Of a stretch of DNA of 64,000 bases, positions 41,507 through 51,800 are shown piece by piece. The position numbers and the translations under genes are program-made. Origin of the DNA: an uncultured Pirellulales bacterium (GTDB lineage Bacteria; Planctomycetota; Phycisphaerae; Sedimentisphaerales; Anaerobacaceae); contig CAZFDE010000005.1 of the NCBI GenBank assembly GCA_964517795.1, positions 3,701-67,700 of the forward strand, written 5' to 3'. The notes beneath the pieces are model-generated. The model was not told where the DNA came from, searched no databases, and saw only the letters and a list, made by a program, of their open reading frames with translations. Every line of letters starts with the position of its first letter. Positions within the stretch are counted from its first letter, which is position 1.

Positions 41507-43132
41507 TCAGCCGCTGTAGCGGTTGGTCATGGGCAGCCGCCGGTCTTTGCCGAAGGCTTTGGGGGTGATCTTGATTCCCGGCGGACACTGGCGCCGCTTG
41601 TATTCGTTTTTGTCCACCAGCCGAACGACTTTTTTGACCATCTCGGCATCCATGCCCGATTCGATCAGTTCGCGGGCGGACTTGTCCTGCTCCACATAGC
41701 CTTTGAGGATCTCGTCGAGCACTGCGTAATCGGGCAGTGAATCGCTGTCCTTTTGGTCGGGTTTCAATTCCGCGCTGGGCGGGCGGGTAATGACCGCTTT
41801 GGGGATGATCTGGTTTTGGCGGATTTCGTTGATATATCGCGCGAGCTGATAGACGACGGTTTTGGGGATATCCTTGATCACGGCAAATCCGCCGGCCGTG
41901 TCACCATACAGGGTCGAGTACCCGACCGCGGTTTCGCTCTTGTTGCCGGTTGTCAGGACCAGTGCGCCGAACTGATTGCTCAGTGACATCAGCAGTGTGC
42001 CGCGGATTCGGGCCTGCAGGTTTTCGTATGCGATTCCCTGATTGTCCCAGCCGGGAACCGTCGAAAGCGTACTGTCAAACGTCGCCAAGGTCGATTCGAT
42101 CGGGATGCTGTGAAAAATAATACCCAGCCGCTCGGCGAGGATTTTCGCATCGTTTTGGGTGTCCGGACTGTTAAACTGTGTCGGCATGGTGATCCCGATG
42201 ACATTGTCCTTGCCCAATGCTTCTGCGGAAATCGCGGCCACGACGGAGGAATCGATGCCGCCGCTGAGGCCGATCAGGACTTTCTCGAAGCCGTTCTTTC
42301 GGGTATAGTCCCGCGTGCCGAGGATCAGGGCGCGGTAGATCTCTTCCATCGGGTCGGCCGGCTCTGGCTGAGATTTGCGCTGTGGCGAGATTGACACATC
42401 GGGATTTTTACCGCTGATGTCGGCAACCAAGAGGTCTTCCTCGAAGGCGTTGGCCTTAATGACGGTCTGGCCGGAGGAATCGGCCATGATGCTGCGGCCG
42501 TCGAAGATCAGTTCGTCCTGCCCGCCGATCAGGTTACAATAGCAGACCGCACTGTTCATTTCTTGCGCACATTCGCAGACGACCTGTTCGCGGGTCGCGA
42601 TCTTGCCGATATGAAAGGGCGATGCGGAAATGTTGACGATCAGATCACAGGATTTCGGGCCGAGAAATGTCCTCAGCCAGGCGATGTTCCAGATGTCCGC
42701 ACAGATCGTGACGGCGATTCGGATGTTCTTGACTGTGATAAAAACCGGTTTGTCGCCTTTGTCGAAGTAACGTTTTTCGTCGAATACGCCGTAATTAGGC
42801 AGCAGCCCTTTTCGATAGCATTCGGTGATTTTGCCGTTCTCGATGACCGCGGCGCTGTTATAGATCTTTTGTCGGCGCTGGGCGGGATAGCCGAGGATGA
42901 CGGTTTTTTGCTTGCAATGATGTGCGACTTTTTTGACGGCCGCCAGGCAATCCTCGAGGAAATGGCCTTTATGCAGCAGGTCCTCGGGCGGATAGCCGCA
43001 GATTGCCAGTTCCGGAAAGACGACCAGATCGCAGCCGGCTGCGATCGCACGGTCGTAGAATTCGCACATCCTGGCCGCATTGCCCGCCAGGTCGCCGACC
43101 GTCGCATTAAATTGTCCCAGGCCGATACGCAT
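41507..43132 (-). CDS. nadE: Glutamine-dependent NAD+ synthetase
   Basis: N-terminal CN-hydrolase domain (VVFPELAICGYPPEDL). C-terminal PP-loop GLSGGIDSS. 541 aa. Confidence 0.92.
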   Translation of the reverse strand: MRIGLGQFNATVGDLAGNAARMCEFYDRAIAAGCDLVVFPELAICGYPPEDLLHKGHFLEDCLAAVKKVAHHCKQKTVILGYPAQRRQKIYNSAAVIENGKITECYRKGLLPNYGVFDEKRYFDKGDKPVFITVKNIRIAVTICADIWNIAWLRTFLGPKSCDLIVNISASPFHIGKIATREQVVCECAQEMNSAVCYCNLIGGQDELIFDGRSIMADSSGQTVIKANAFEEDLLVADISGKNPDVSISPQRKSQPEPADPMEEIYRALILGTRDYTRKNGFEKVLIGLSGGIDSSVVAAISAEALGKDNVIGITMPTQFNSPDTQNDAKILAERLGIIFHSIPIESTLATFDSTLSTVPGWDNQGIAYENLQARIRGTLLMSLSNQFGALVLTTGNKSETAVGYSTLYGDTAGGFAVIKDIPKTVVYQLARYINEIRQNQIIPKAVITRPPSAELKPDQKDSDSLPDYAVLDEILKGYVEQDKSARELIESGMDAEMVKKVVRLVDKNEYKRRQCPPGIKITPKAFGKDRRLPMTNRYSG

Positions 43133-43327
43133 CCGAAAACCTCGAAAACCTTTTCTTATGCTATTGTAATAGACTCAACCGGCATGTGCCAACAAAAATA
43201 GTCCGATACCCCCTATATACCGAACAACGGGCTAATGTTTCTGATGAAGTCCTGATTCAACTTTCGAGGATGTTATGTATTATAAAATACCTAAATAAGC
43301 TGATTATTAATTGTAAAGTTTTGCAAT

Positions 43328-43400
<73 letters not shown>

Positions 43401-43406
43401 AACTCT

Positions 43407-44465
43407 TTATTTACAAGCACTTACAGTTATTTTATTTTCTGCTAATTTTTTTTGGTGTCCATATGGTGTCCATACGGAATCCAAACGCTCTATTGCTTGC
43501 TGTACATATTCAGGCGATAAATGCGAGTATCTCATGGTCGTTTTTATCACTTTATGCCCCATCACCTGTTGTACGGTTTTCAAATCTATTCCCTTCATAA
43601 CCAGGTATGACCCGAAGGTATGTCGCAGGTCATGGAAGCGAAAATCTTCTATTTCGGCTTTCTTCAAAGCCGTTGCAAAGCTTTTTTTAATATCTCCAAT
43701 CGCCTGGCCGTCGCCGTTGCAAAAGACATAATCACTTTCTGACTGCTCTGAAAGCTCAGAAAGCTCCCGATAAAGGGTTTTGTTGATCGGAATGACCCTG
43801 AGTTCGTTGTTCTTTGGCTTTTTGACGGTAATCTTGCGATTATGCAGGTCAACATCCTGCCATTTCAAATTAAGCAACTCTCCCCTTCTCATTCCGGTAT
43901 TCAAGGCGGTTATTACGATTGAACGCAGATAACCGTGGCAGGCCTTGATAAGGGCATCGGCTTCATCAGCACTTAAATACCTTAGCCTGCCGGGTGGCTC
44001 TTTCAGGGATTTAACTGATTTTACCGGATTTGTTTTTACATAGTCCCATTCAATAGCCTTTGTGTACATGTGCTTCAAACAGGCCAGTTCCCTATTAACC
44101 GTGGCAGGAGAGACTCTCTCTAGCCTGTCAGCTTTGTATTTTTCGATCATCCGGGGAGTGATATCAAATAAATATCGTCCTTCAAAGGCAGAACTCAATT
44201 GAGCGACACTGAACCTGTCCCGGCGGTTATAAGTTGAAAAAGCCTTGTTGGCCTTGGAAAATGCTAAATACTGTTTTCCATACTCTTCAAAAAGTATCTT
44301 TTTCTCATCGTAAACGCCCAGGTACTCGCCCTTGGCGAGCTTGACGTGGACATCCTTTAGAACCTGCTGGGCCAGCTTCTTTGACGGGCCGATTTTTCTG
44401 CGCTTACGCCGACCCTTGACGTAATAGTCGATATACCAGTTTTTTCCTTTTTTATATACAGCCAT
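43407..44465 (-). CDS. int: Tyrosine recombinase / phage-type integrase
   Basis: Catalytic C-terminal domain with the R..H-x-x-R..Y pattern (TGMRRGEL, HDLRHTFGSYLVMKG, TTMRYSHL). Its stop codon is 6 bp from the tRNA 5' end. Confidence 0.92.
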   Translation of the reverse strand: MAVYKKGKNWYIDYYVKGRRKRRKIGPSKKLAQQVLKDVHVKLAKGEYLGVYDEKKILFEEYGKQYLAFSKANKAFSTYNRRDRFSVAQLSSAFEGRYLFDITPRMIEKYKADRLERVSPATVNRELACLKHMYTKAIEWDYVKTNPVKSVKSLKEPPGRLRYLSADEADALIKACHGYLRSIVITALNTGMRRGELLNLKWQDVDLHNRKITVKKPKNNELRVIPINKTLYRELSELSEQSESDYVFCNGDGQAIGDIKKSFATALKKAEIEDFRFHDLRHTFGSYLVMKGIDLKTVQQVMGHKVIKTTMRYSHLSPEYVQQAIERLDSVWTPYGHQKKLAENKITVSACK

Positions 44466-44496
44466 CTTTCGGATTTACCTTGAGTCAGACTTTTCA

Positions 44497-47400
44497 TTAG
44501 TCATCAAGTATATCATAACTTTCCTCTTTTTGAAGCCTTTTTTCCAGCCACTTCTCCAAATCTTTTACCCTGTACCTATTATTGCCGCCCACTTTGATGT
44601 ACGGGATTTTTCTTTGGTTGCCCCACATGTAAAGAGTTGACGGAGCTACCCCGAGATACGCAGCAGCTTCTTTTACATTCAATAATTCTTTCTGTTTTTT
44701 AATTTGGCCAGAAACAATGGGCTTTTCAGAAACAATAGAGCCTCCCGTGGTATGGAAAAAGTGCTTTATGCTTTCAGGAGAATAGAAATAGATGCGTTCT
44801 TTTTCTTTTGAGTTAAAGGTTTGCTTTACCAACCTTTTGATTTCAGCTAACAGCTTATCATCTGAGCTTACAGCCAAAATATAGTCGTAACCAGCTTGGA
44901 GGCATTTTTTGATATTTTCTTTTTCGTGTTTGGGCTTTGTGGTACTGGCTATCTCAACGGCTACCTTAATATCATCTTTCTTTAGCTCTACATCAACACT
45001 TTCTAAAGAACGCGGAATTTTCTTTTCAATATCAGCTTTCCAGCCAAATACCTTAGCTTGCTCTGCTATACTTTCTTGAAGCTGTTGATGAACATCCCCA
45101 CCTTTTCCCCTGGTTGTGAGTTTTTGGGCCAGAGCCTGTCCTTTTTCAGTTAAAACAAGTTCTTTTGCCAGCCTTCCTCTTTTGCCTTTTCTGGTTTCCT
45201 GCTGAACTACAAGCCCCTTTTCAATCAGGCTGTTCTTCAATTTATCGCCCTTGTAGCCGCTCAATTTCAAAGCCTTGTATATCTTGGTTACGAACTTTCC
45301 GCTATGAGAGTCAATAAACTTCAAAAATCCTTGCTCTTGGAGCGATAATTCAGATTTTGGCTTAGCCGCTTTTTCTTTTGGAGCGGGCTTTTTTGCTCGA
45401 ATAGTTGGCGTCTCAACAGCAGGAGCCTTTTCTTTTAAAGCTTCCTCTTGCCAATCCAATAACTGCTCAAGCTCTTTTCTGCTCTTTGCGTACTTTTTAC
45501 GAGAAAGCTCGATTATCTTTTCTTTGCGCTCAAGGCCAAGTTGATGTGGCACATTTTCCGGTAAGTAAGTCTCTATATTAAAATCATAATCTGATTTATC
45601 TACCCTGACTATGGCCTCACCAACATCCAGATTCGTCAAATCCTTCGCCTCAAAGTAAGAAAAACCTTCTTCAAGCTTTTTAGCATCGAAATCTCCCAGG
45701 CCGAAACAAATCCTGGTACCCGGATTTGATCTCACAGAACTTGCCAATTCGGGATTTTGACTCCAAAGTTGTTTCAATTCCTGATGGGTCACTATGAGGC
45801 CAAGCCTGTATTTCCGAGCTTCGGATAAGATTTCTGTCATCGATTGGGTAGCGAAATTCTGAAACTCATCGACATAAAGGTAAAAGTCTTTTCGTTTTTC
45901 TTCTGGTTGAGCTTGTCTTGCCATGGCAGCCTGATGGAACTTGGTAACGAGTAACGCTCCTAACAGATACGAAACACCTTTACTAACCATTCCTTGGGAG
46001 AGGTTGGCGAGGAAGATTTTCTTTGTGTCCATTATTTTCTGGAAGTCCAGGCCTTCTTTTTGAATAACCATGTTGCGGATTGACTTTCGACGAAGAAACT
46101 CATTTAAACGTGTCAGAATCGGTGAGCACGCATTCGGACGCAGCATTGGAAACTGCTTTTTCCAATAATATATAACCTGTTGGTCTGTGACTGTTTTCAA
46201 AAAGTCCCTTCGGAAGCTGTTATCAACCAGAAAATGTTGCAAGTCAATTAGTGTGCCGCCTTTTTCGCTTTCCAGAAAAGCTAATATGGCATTGGCGAAA
46301 ACTGAGTTCATCTGGTCGCCCCAGCTTGTCGATAGTCTGCGAAAAACACCGACTAAGTCCGAGGAAAGCAGGGTTTTTTCTTGCTCAGAGTGTGCAGATA
46401 AAACATTCAGCCCCACAGGGTAATTTGAGTCCGCAGCATCAAGCAAAATCACGTCATCGAATCTTTCTTCGGGTACATAGGGCATGATGTGTTCGATAAG
46501 GTCACCGTGCGGATCCAAAACAGCAATCCCATTGCCTTGCTGTATATCCTGGCGAATCATATTCAAAAACAAGGTAGATTTACCCCTGCCCGTAGTGCCG
46601 ATGATATAGGTATGTCGCCGCCTTTGAATCGGGCTTAAGGTAACTTCTATTTCTTTGCCCTGGTGGACGTTTTTACCGAGCACCAACTTGTGGCCAGAAA
46701 CAATAGAAGGTGCTTGTTTGGTTCTCTTTATTTCCCGTTTCAGCTTGGCGGTCTTTACTGAAACAGAAGGCAGATGAACAAGCGAAAGTAACTCTGCTGT
46801 ATTTAACAACATCCCTGTCCTGTGGCTTTGCCTGTAGTATAAATCGTCAAAGTGAAGGTCGTGAGTGTAGGCTTCATCGGTATCTAAAGGGATAAGCTCA
46901 TTACTCGGCGGATTCGAGACCTGCTGCAATCCCGCTGCCAGGCCTTTTGTAATCTCCCAGGCCCGGGCTTCAGATTGACTGGAACCTGCTACCCTGATAA
47001 CCGCAGCCAACAATGGCTTATTTATCTTTTCTTGAGCTAGTTTTATCATTTCAGGACTATCGGTAAAAAAGTTACCGCCTTCACAGTCTGTTAATGATTT
47101 CAAGATGTTTTCATGCCAGGGATTCCTAACCGGTTCAAATAGAATCTGGAACATTGCCATTTCACCTTCAGCTAAATTTTCCATTGAACCTACAATGCCG
47201 GTCAAGGGATCAGGTTCAAAACCACGAAATGCCTTCAAAGGCCTCATAAACTCTTGAGATAAACCAAAGTCAACTATCACAGAAGGATTGTTTCTATCTA
47301 ACCTGCACTTTGGCTGTTGATTCTCGTACAAGGCGGCGTCAGGAAAATATGCTTTTAGCTGCTGGATAACTGTTGAAAAATCAGGTTCTCGGCAAATGAC

Positions 47401-47859
47401 CTGGAATGAAATCTCCTCGAAACAGCCCACAATTTCAAAGCTGACCGGAAATTTGCAGTATCTAAGGTTTAGCAGAAATTGTTCAGTGTAGTCGAAATCT
47501 ATTTTTTGACCTTCGGGTACAGAGACAGTGACACTGGTCAAAGGCGCACTTTCTGTAAGAAATTCCGGTCCTTGGCTGAAGAAATAATCTTTTGACTTCT
47601 CTTGTTCTTCGGAGCTTGCGAACTTATTTTTAACTTTTTCTGCAAAGCTGGTTAAAAGGGATGGTTTTCTGCCGTCATCTACGATTGGTTCTCTTGTGAA
47701 AACACTCGAAATGAAAGGGATGAAGGGCGGCTCTAATCGGACAGGGAAATCCCAGAGCAGCCAGCCCCTGCCTCTTTGCTCCCATTTGTAAAAATCCTCT
47801 GTAAGCTGCTCTGAAAGAGTTTTTTGGTTTTCATTCTGTTCTAAAGGCTCGTTTGCCAT
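44497..47859 (-). CDS. TraD/VirD4-like (FtsK/HerA-superfamily) P-loop ATPase fused to wHTH, a possible PD-(D/E)XK-like module and a C-terminal excisionase-type HTH
   Basis: Walker A motif IIGTTGRGKSTLF. Walker B and coupling-protein-type motifs FYLYVDEFQNFAT and ARKYRLGLIVTHQ. wHTH-like segment KGLVVQQETRKGKRGRLAKELVLTEKG. Possible nuclease core VDVELKKDDIKVAVEIASTTK. Terminal HTH LLNVKEAAAYLGVAPSTLYMWGNQRKIPYIKVG. Confidence 0.65.
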   Translation of the reverse strand: MANEPLEQNENQKTLSEQLTEDFYKWEQRGRGWLLWDFPVRLEPPFIPFISSVFTREPIVDDGRKPSLLTSFAEKVKNKFASSEEQEKSKDYFFSQGPEFLTESAPLTSVTVSVPEGQKIDFDYTEQFLLNLRYCKFPVSFEIVGCFEEISFQVICREPDFSTVIQQLKAYFPDAALYENQQPKCRLDRNNPSVIVDFGLSQEFMRPLKAFRGFEPDPLTGIVGSMENLAEGEMAMFQILFEPVRNPWHENILKSLTDCEGGNFFTDSPEMIKLAQEKINKPLLAAVIRVAGSSQSEARAWEITKGLAAGLQQVSNPPSNELIPLDTDEAYTHDLHFDDLYYRQSHRTGMLLNTAELLSLVHLPSVSVKTAKLKREIKRTKQAPSIVSGHKLVLGKNVHQGKEIEVTLSPIQRRRHTYIIGTTGRGKSTLFLNMIRQDIQQGNGIAVLDPHGDLIEHIMPYVPEERFDDVILLDAADSNYPVGLNVLSAHSEQEKTLLSSDLVGVFRRLSTSWGDQMNSVFANAILAFLESEKGGTLIDLQHFLVDNSFRRDFLKTVTDQQVIYYWKKQFPMLRPNACSPILTRLNEFLRRKSIRNMVIQKEGLDFQKIMDTKKIFLANLSQGMVSKGVSYLLGALLVTKFHQAAMARQAQPEEKRKDFYLYVDEFQNFATQSMTEILSEARKYRLGLIVTHQELKQLWSQNPELASSVRSNPGTRICFGLGDFDAKKLEEGFSYFEAKDLTNLDVGEAIVRVDKSDYDFNIETYLPENVPHQLGLERKEKIIELSRKKYAKSRKELEQLLDWQEEALKEKAPAVETPTIRAKKPAPKEKAAKPKSELSLQEQGFLKFIDSHSGKFVTKIYKALKLSGYKGDKLKNSLIEKGLVVQQETRKGKRGRLAKELVLTEKGQALAQKLTTRGKGGDVHQQLQESIAEQAKVFGWKADIEKKIPRSLESVDVELKKDDIKVAVEIASTTKPKHEKENIKKCLQAGYDYILAVSSDDKLLAEIKRLVKQTFNSKEKERIYFYSPESIKHFFHTTGGSIVSEKPIVSGQIKKQKELLNVKEAAAYLGVAPSTLYMWGNQRKIPYIKVGGNNRYRVKDLEKWLEKRLQKEESYDILDD

Positions 47860-47867
47860 AACCTATT

Positions 47868-48377
47868 TTAACGGCTAAGAATATCTTTCAAGATAGGCTT
47901 TTTCTGCTCTTCTGTAAGCTGTCTAAGCCCTTTGGCATCAACTACATTGTCAACCACTTCCAAAACCGCTGTATGAACCGAATCCCTGAACATCATAGCC
48001 GTATCCAGGGTGTAAAAGGTTTCACGCCGAGAACTGAGCCAGGCCAGCAGGCCAATGGGTGGCAGCAGCCAGAGCAGTAATACCTGCTTTTTAGACAGTT
48101 TTCGCCTCGTGCCCAACCACCAGGAAACAAAAAAGCCGGTACCGAAAGGTGCTGCACAAATATCGAAGATATATTCGTTACGAACGACCCTCAGATACTC
48201 TCTTTTTGCAGATAATACGCCTGCTTCTTTGTAGCTGATGCGTGAGATTTTGACTCCGGGCAATTTCCGGGAGTTGATGGCCTGTTCCATTTGGGAGTAA
48301 ATTTGCTGAGGAGATTCCTGGAGTCCTTCGATGAGTTGGTGCCAGTGCGACAGAATTACAGAAGCTTTTCTTGCCAT
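47868..48377 (-). CDS. Hypothetical protein with one central TM segment, co-transcribed with the giant ATPase
   Basis: GGAGGT RBS. The gap to the downstream ATPase gene is 8 nt. Hydrophobic segment VLLLWLLPPIGLLAWL. I recognise no family. Confidence 0.5.
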   Translation of the reverse strand: MARKASVILSHWHQLIEGLQESPQQIYSQMEQAINSRKLPGVKISRISYKEAGVLSAKREYLRVVRNEYIFDICAAPFGTGFFVSWWLGTRRKLSKKQVLLLWLLPPIGLLAWLSSRRETFYTLDTAMMFRDSVHTAVLEVVDNVVDAKGLRQLTEEQKKPILKDILSR

Positions 48378-48551
48378 TTTTATACCTCCAATTGAAATAA
48401 CATTTACACCAGAATTTTAAGGGCAAACGCTTTTAAAATCAAGGAAGAGAACAAGTTACAATGTTTCGTGGCAATATCTGCTTATCATAAATTTTTCTAA
48501 CCCACTATGCTTTATAGATTTATAACTTTATGAGGCCGCAATTCTTTTAAC

Positions 48552-48579
48552 TTGACTATGCCCAGATTTTGATTATGAT
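48552..48579 (+). promoter_or_regulatory. Putative sigma70-type promoter for the seven-gene operon
   Basis: TTGACT (48552-48557), a 16-nt spacer, then TATGAT (48574-48579), about 50 nt upstream of the ATG at 48631. Found by eye only. Confidence 0.25.
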
Positions 48580-48630
48580 TTACCCAATCCTTTCATTTTT
48601 TATTGGACAATATTTTCAGGGAGCAAAATT

Positions 48631-48807
48631 ATGCCTGAAGACAGATGGTATTCAGTCGAAGAAATCGCAGAGTATTTGGGCGTGAAAAGGGACACTCTCT
48701 ACAAATGGATCATTCGCAAGAAAATGCCTGCCCACAAGGTCGGGCGATTGTGGAAGTTTCGTAAAAAAGAAGTCGATAAATGGGTTAAGACGGGTAAATC
48801 AGCTTAA
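48631..48807 (+). CDS. Excisionase/MerR-type helix-turn-helix protein (58 aa; below the ORF-track cutoff)
   Basis: Translation: MPEDRWYSVEEIAEYLGVKRDTLYKWIIRKKMPAHKVGRLWKFRKKEVDKWVKTGKSA. A GGGAG RBS lies 8 nt upstream, and the stop is 1 nt before the next start. Confidence 0.8.
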   Translation: MPEDRWYSVEEIAEYLGVKRDTLYKWIIRKKMPAHKVGRLWKFRKKEVDKWVKTGKSA

Positions 48808-48808
48808 A

Positions 48809-51800
48809 ATGTCGGACTTTCTCGAACAATCTGTTGATATTCTCAAGCTTGGCACTAAGGAATTGCATGCGTTGAGGCTTTTAAAAGTTGAAAGTATTAA
48901 AGATTTTATAAAGCTTAAGCTCAATAGCGACCTTATGCCGAGAGGGTATGGGTATTTTACGTATAAATCGCTTCAGAAAACTCAAAAGAAATTACTTAAA
49001 AAGCAACATATTTTAGTTCAGAAAACGAATCGTGATAAAACTCAAATATTTTCAGAGATATTAAATAGAGTCAACGTTAGAACACAACATTGCCTTCGTA
49101 GATTAGGCGTAATTACACTCCAAGGTTTTCTTGAATTAACGGATGAGGATGTTTTGGGTTGCAAAGGGGCAGGACAGAAAGTTTTATCTGAAATAAAAAT
49201 GATCCAAAATGATTATATACATCTGAGATCATTTGATAGTAATAGTTTTCTGAGTACTCCCGCTAATCATGAAATATTTAAGAATTTGCCTTTGTTTTCT
49301 AGTAAACCATTACCAATTACCGATGTAGAGTTGAATTCGTCATATTTCCCATATTTAAAGGTCGAACAGATACAATTACCTGATTGGACAAGTCAATATT
49401 TAAAACAAATGAATATAAAAACTTTTGGTGAATTGTTATTGACCCCAGGAGAAGAATTTTTGCAACTTTCCGGATTCGGAACAAATAAACTGCATGAACT
49501 TAAGCAAGCTGCATATCTTTTTCTTAGCTGTAACATAGAACAAAAGGGCGCCAAAGATAAAAAAGAAATATTCAAAGACGTAATCCAAACAATGAGCGTT
49601 AGGACACAAAATATTTTGAAAAGATTAGAGGTAAATACAACTAAAGAGTTGCTTTTCCTTACAGATCAAGAAATTATACATTGTAAAGGAGCGGGATACA
49701 AGGTTTTATCTGAAATAAAACTGTTTCAAAAAAAATATCGGCATCTTAAATCTATCCCTCTAGTGGATTGTTTACGTAGCCCTGCAAACAAAGAAAACAT
49801 AAAGTTTTTACCTTTATTTTCTAATGAACCTTTAGCTGAAAATAATATAGATTTGCATCCATCATATCTTCCAATAAAAAAATTATCTGAAATAATGTTT
49901 CCATCAAGAGCTACAAAATTGTTCAAAAATTTGAAGATTAGAACTATTGGGGAGCTTTTACTGACTCCACCACAAACTTTTATTGACCAAGACAATGTGG
50001 GAATAATAACTATAAAGCAAATTAGGGAGAAAATTGAAAATTGTATTTTAAATAATCAAAATCATATTAATATTTTTAATAAAAGCTTTTCCTCAACTGA
50101 CTTATTGAAGAATTTTACGCAAACAGCTCTTACAACGCGAGAAAGAAAAGTAATTCTGCTTAGAGCGGGGGTATTTGACTCAGTCAATACATTAGAACAA
50201 ATTGCAAAACACTTAAGACTAACACGAGAAAGAATCCGTCAAATACAAAGTAAAGCCGAAAAAAAATTAAGACATCCCTCTAATATCAAGTTGCTTAATA
50301 AATTACAAAACAATATTGAACAAATTATTAAATATTCCGGTGGCAGGATATTACTGAGTGAATTGGCAAAGAAATTGGATTATGAATTGAGTTGGGATAA
50401 GCCCAGCAAAATATCAGTAATTGATTTCATCATTAGCCTATTTGGAAATATGAAAACTGACAACGAGATCGTTTATTTAGATGATTTTCCATGTAGATAT
50501 TGCAATGCAGCCAAAGACGCAATTGAAAATAAAATGCGATTGTCCTTTGAGGTTAATATAAAAGACATATCCGATAAAACTAAAGAATTTTGCTCTTCGC
50601 AAGACTGTAAACTTTTTGATCAGGAAAAAACAAATTTTTCCTGCATTTTTATAAAGCATTATATTGCCAATAGGCCAAAGCTACGGAAACTTTATTCGTG
50701 TCATAATAACCTTATCTGCAAGGCAGAGCTTAAATGTCTAAAATATGGGCCAAAACATCTTGCAGTCGAACAAATTCTTAAAGACTCTCGGAAGCCCTTG
50801 CATTTTACCGAAATAACTTCGATATATAAAGATTATCGTCCTGAAGAAAAGGTTTCAGACCAATCGATCTATGGAATATTAGGCAATTTGAATAAAGCTG
50901 TGCTTTGGGATCGGGGAACTTTTATACATTATGATTATATTCTTTTTGACACTGAATTTACTGATGATGTTTCTGATTGGCTATTTTTAAATTTACGTAA
51001 TGGGTTGAGTTTTATTTCTATTTCAGGAGCGTACTCAACATTTAAAAAGAGATGTAAAAAACTTAATATAAAATCAGAGATGGCTTTATATTCATACCTA
51101 AGGTTAGAAAGACCCAAAAAACTTTTTTTGAATAAATACCCATTCATTACAAGAACAAACCGTAAAATATCTGTTCAAGATTTTTTGGTAGATTATGTGA
51201 AAGCACGAGACGGGGAAATACCTTTGAACGAGCTAAAAGAGCACTTGAAAACGTATGGCTTTAAAAATCATTTAGGAAATATGTTAAGAAATGTTCCGAG
51301 TCTATTAATAGCAGACAATAATAAAATAATACATGTTGATAATTTAAATATAACGTCGCCCAGATTTTATAAAATATGCAAGTATGCTCAAAGCCTGTTG
51401 CTTAACTCAAATATTATTAGTGTCCAAAAAGTATATAAAGACAAAATGATAAGCTGCAAACTACTTGGTATAAATGGCCCTCGTTTGTTGTTTTCTTGTT
51501 TCCAAAACTTTGGCCAACAATTCATAATTACAGGGCGTTATCCGCAATTAAAGAGTTTAGATAAAAAACATCTTAAAGGATTAGGTATTAGGACAGAATT
51601 TGAAGACTACCTTAAAAAACACGGCACCTGTAGCAAAGAAGGATTGATTGAACATTTTGTTGAAAAAATGGGCTACAGTGAAGGCTCAATTGAGGCTGCC
51701 GTTTATTACTTAGATGACATTTTACTTTACACTCCTAATTGTTACATAAATAGGACTAATTTGGGTTGGAGTCAGAAACAGTACAATAAATTATTACAAA

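Noticed and set aside
41495-41530. A short hairpin (CCGC-TGTA-GCGG) between the convergent SagB-DJ1 and nadE genes, considered as a bidirectional terminator.
   Set aside because: The stem is only 4 bp, it lies within the nadE coding end, and there is no U-tract.
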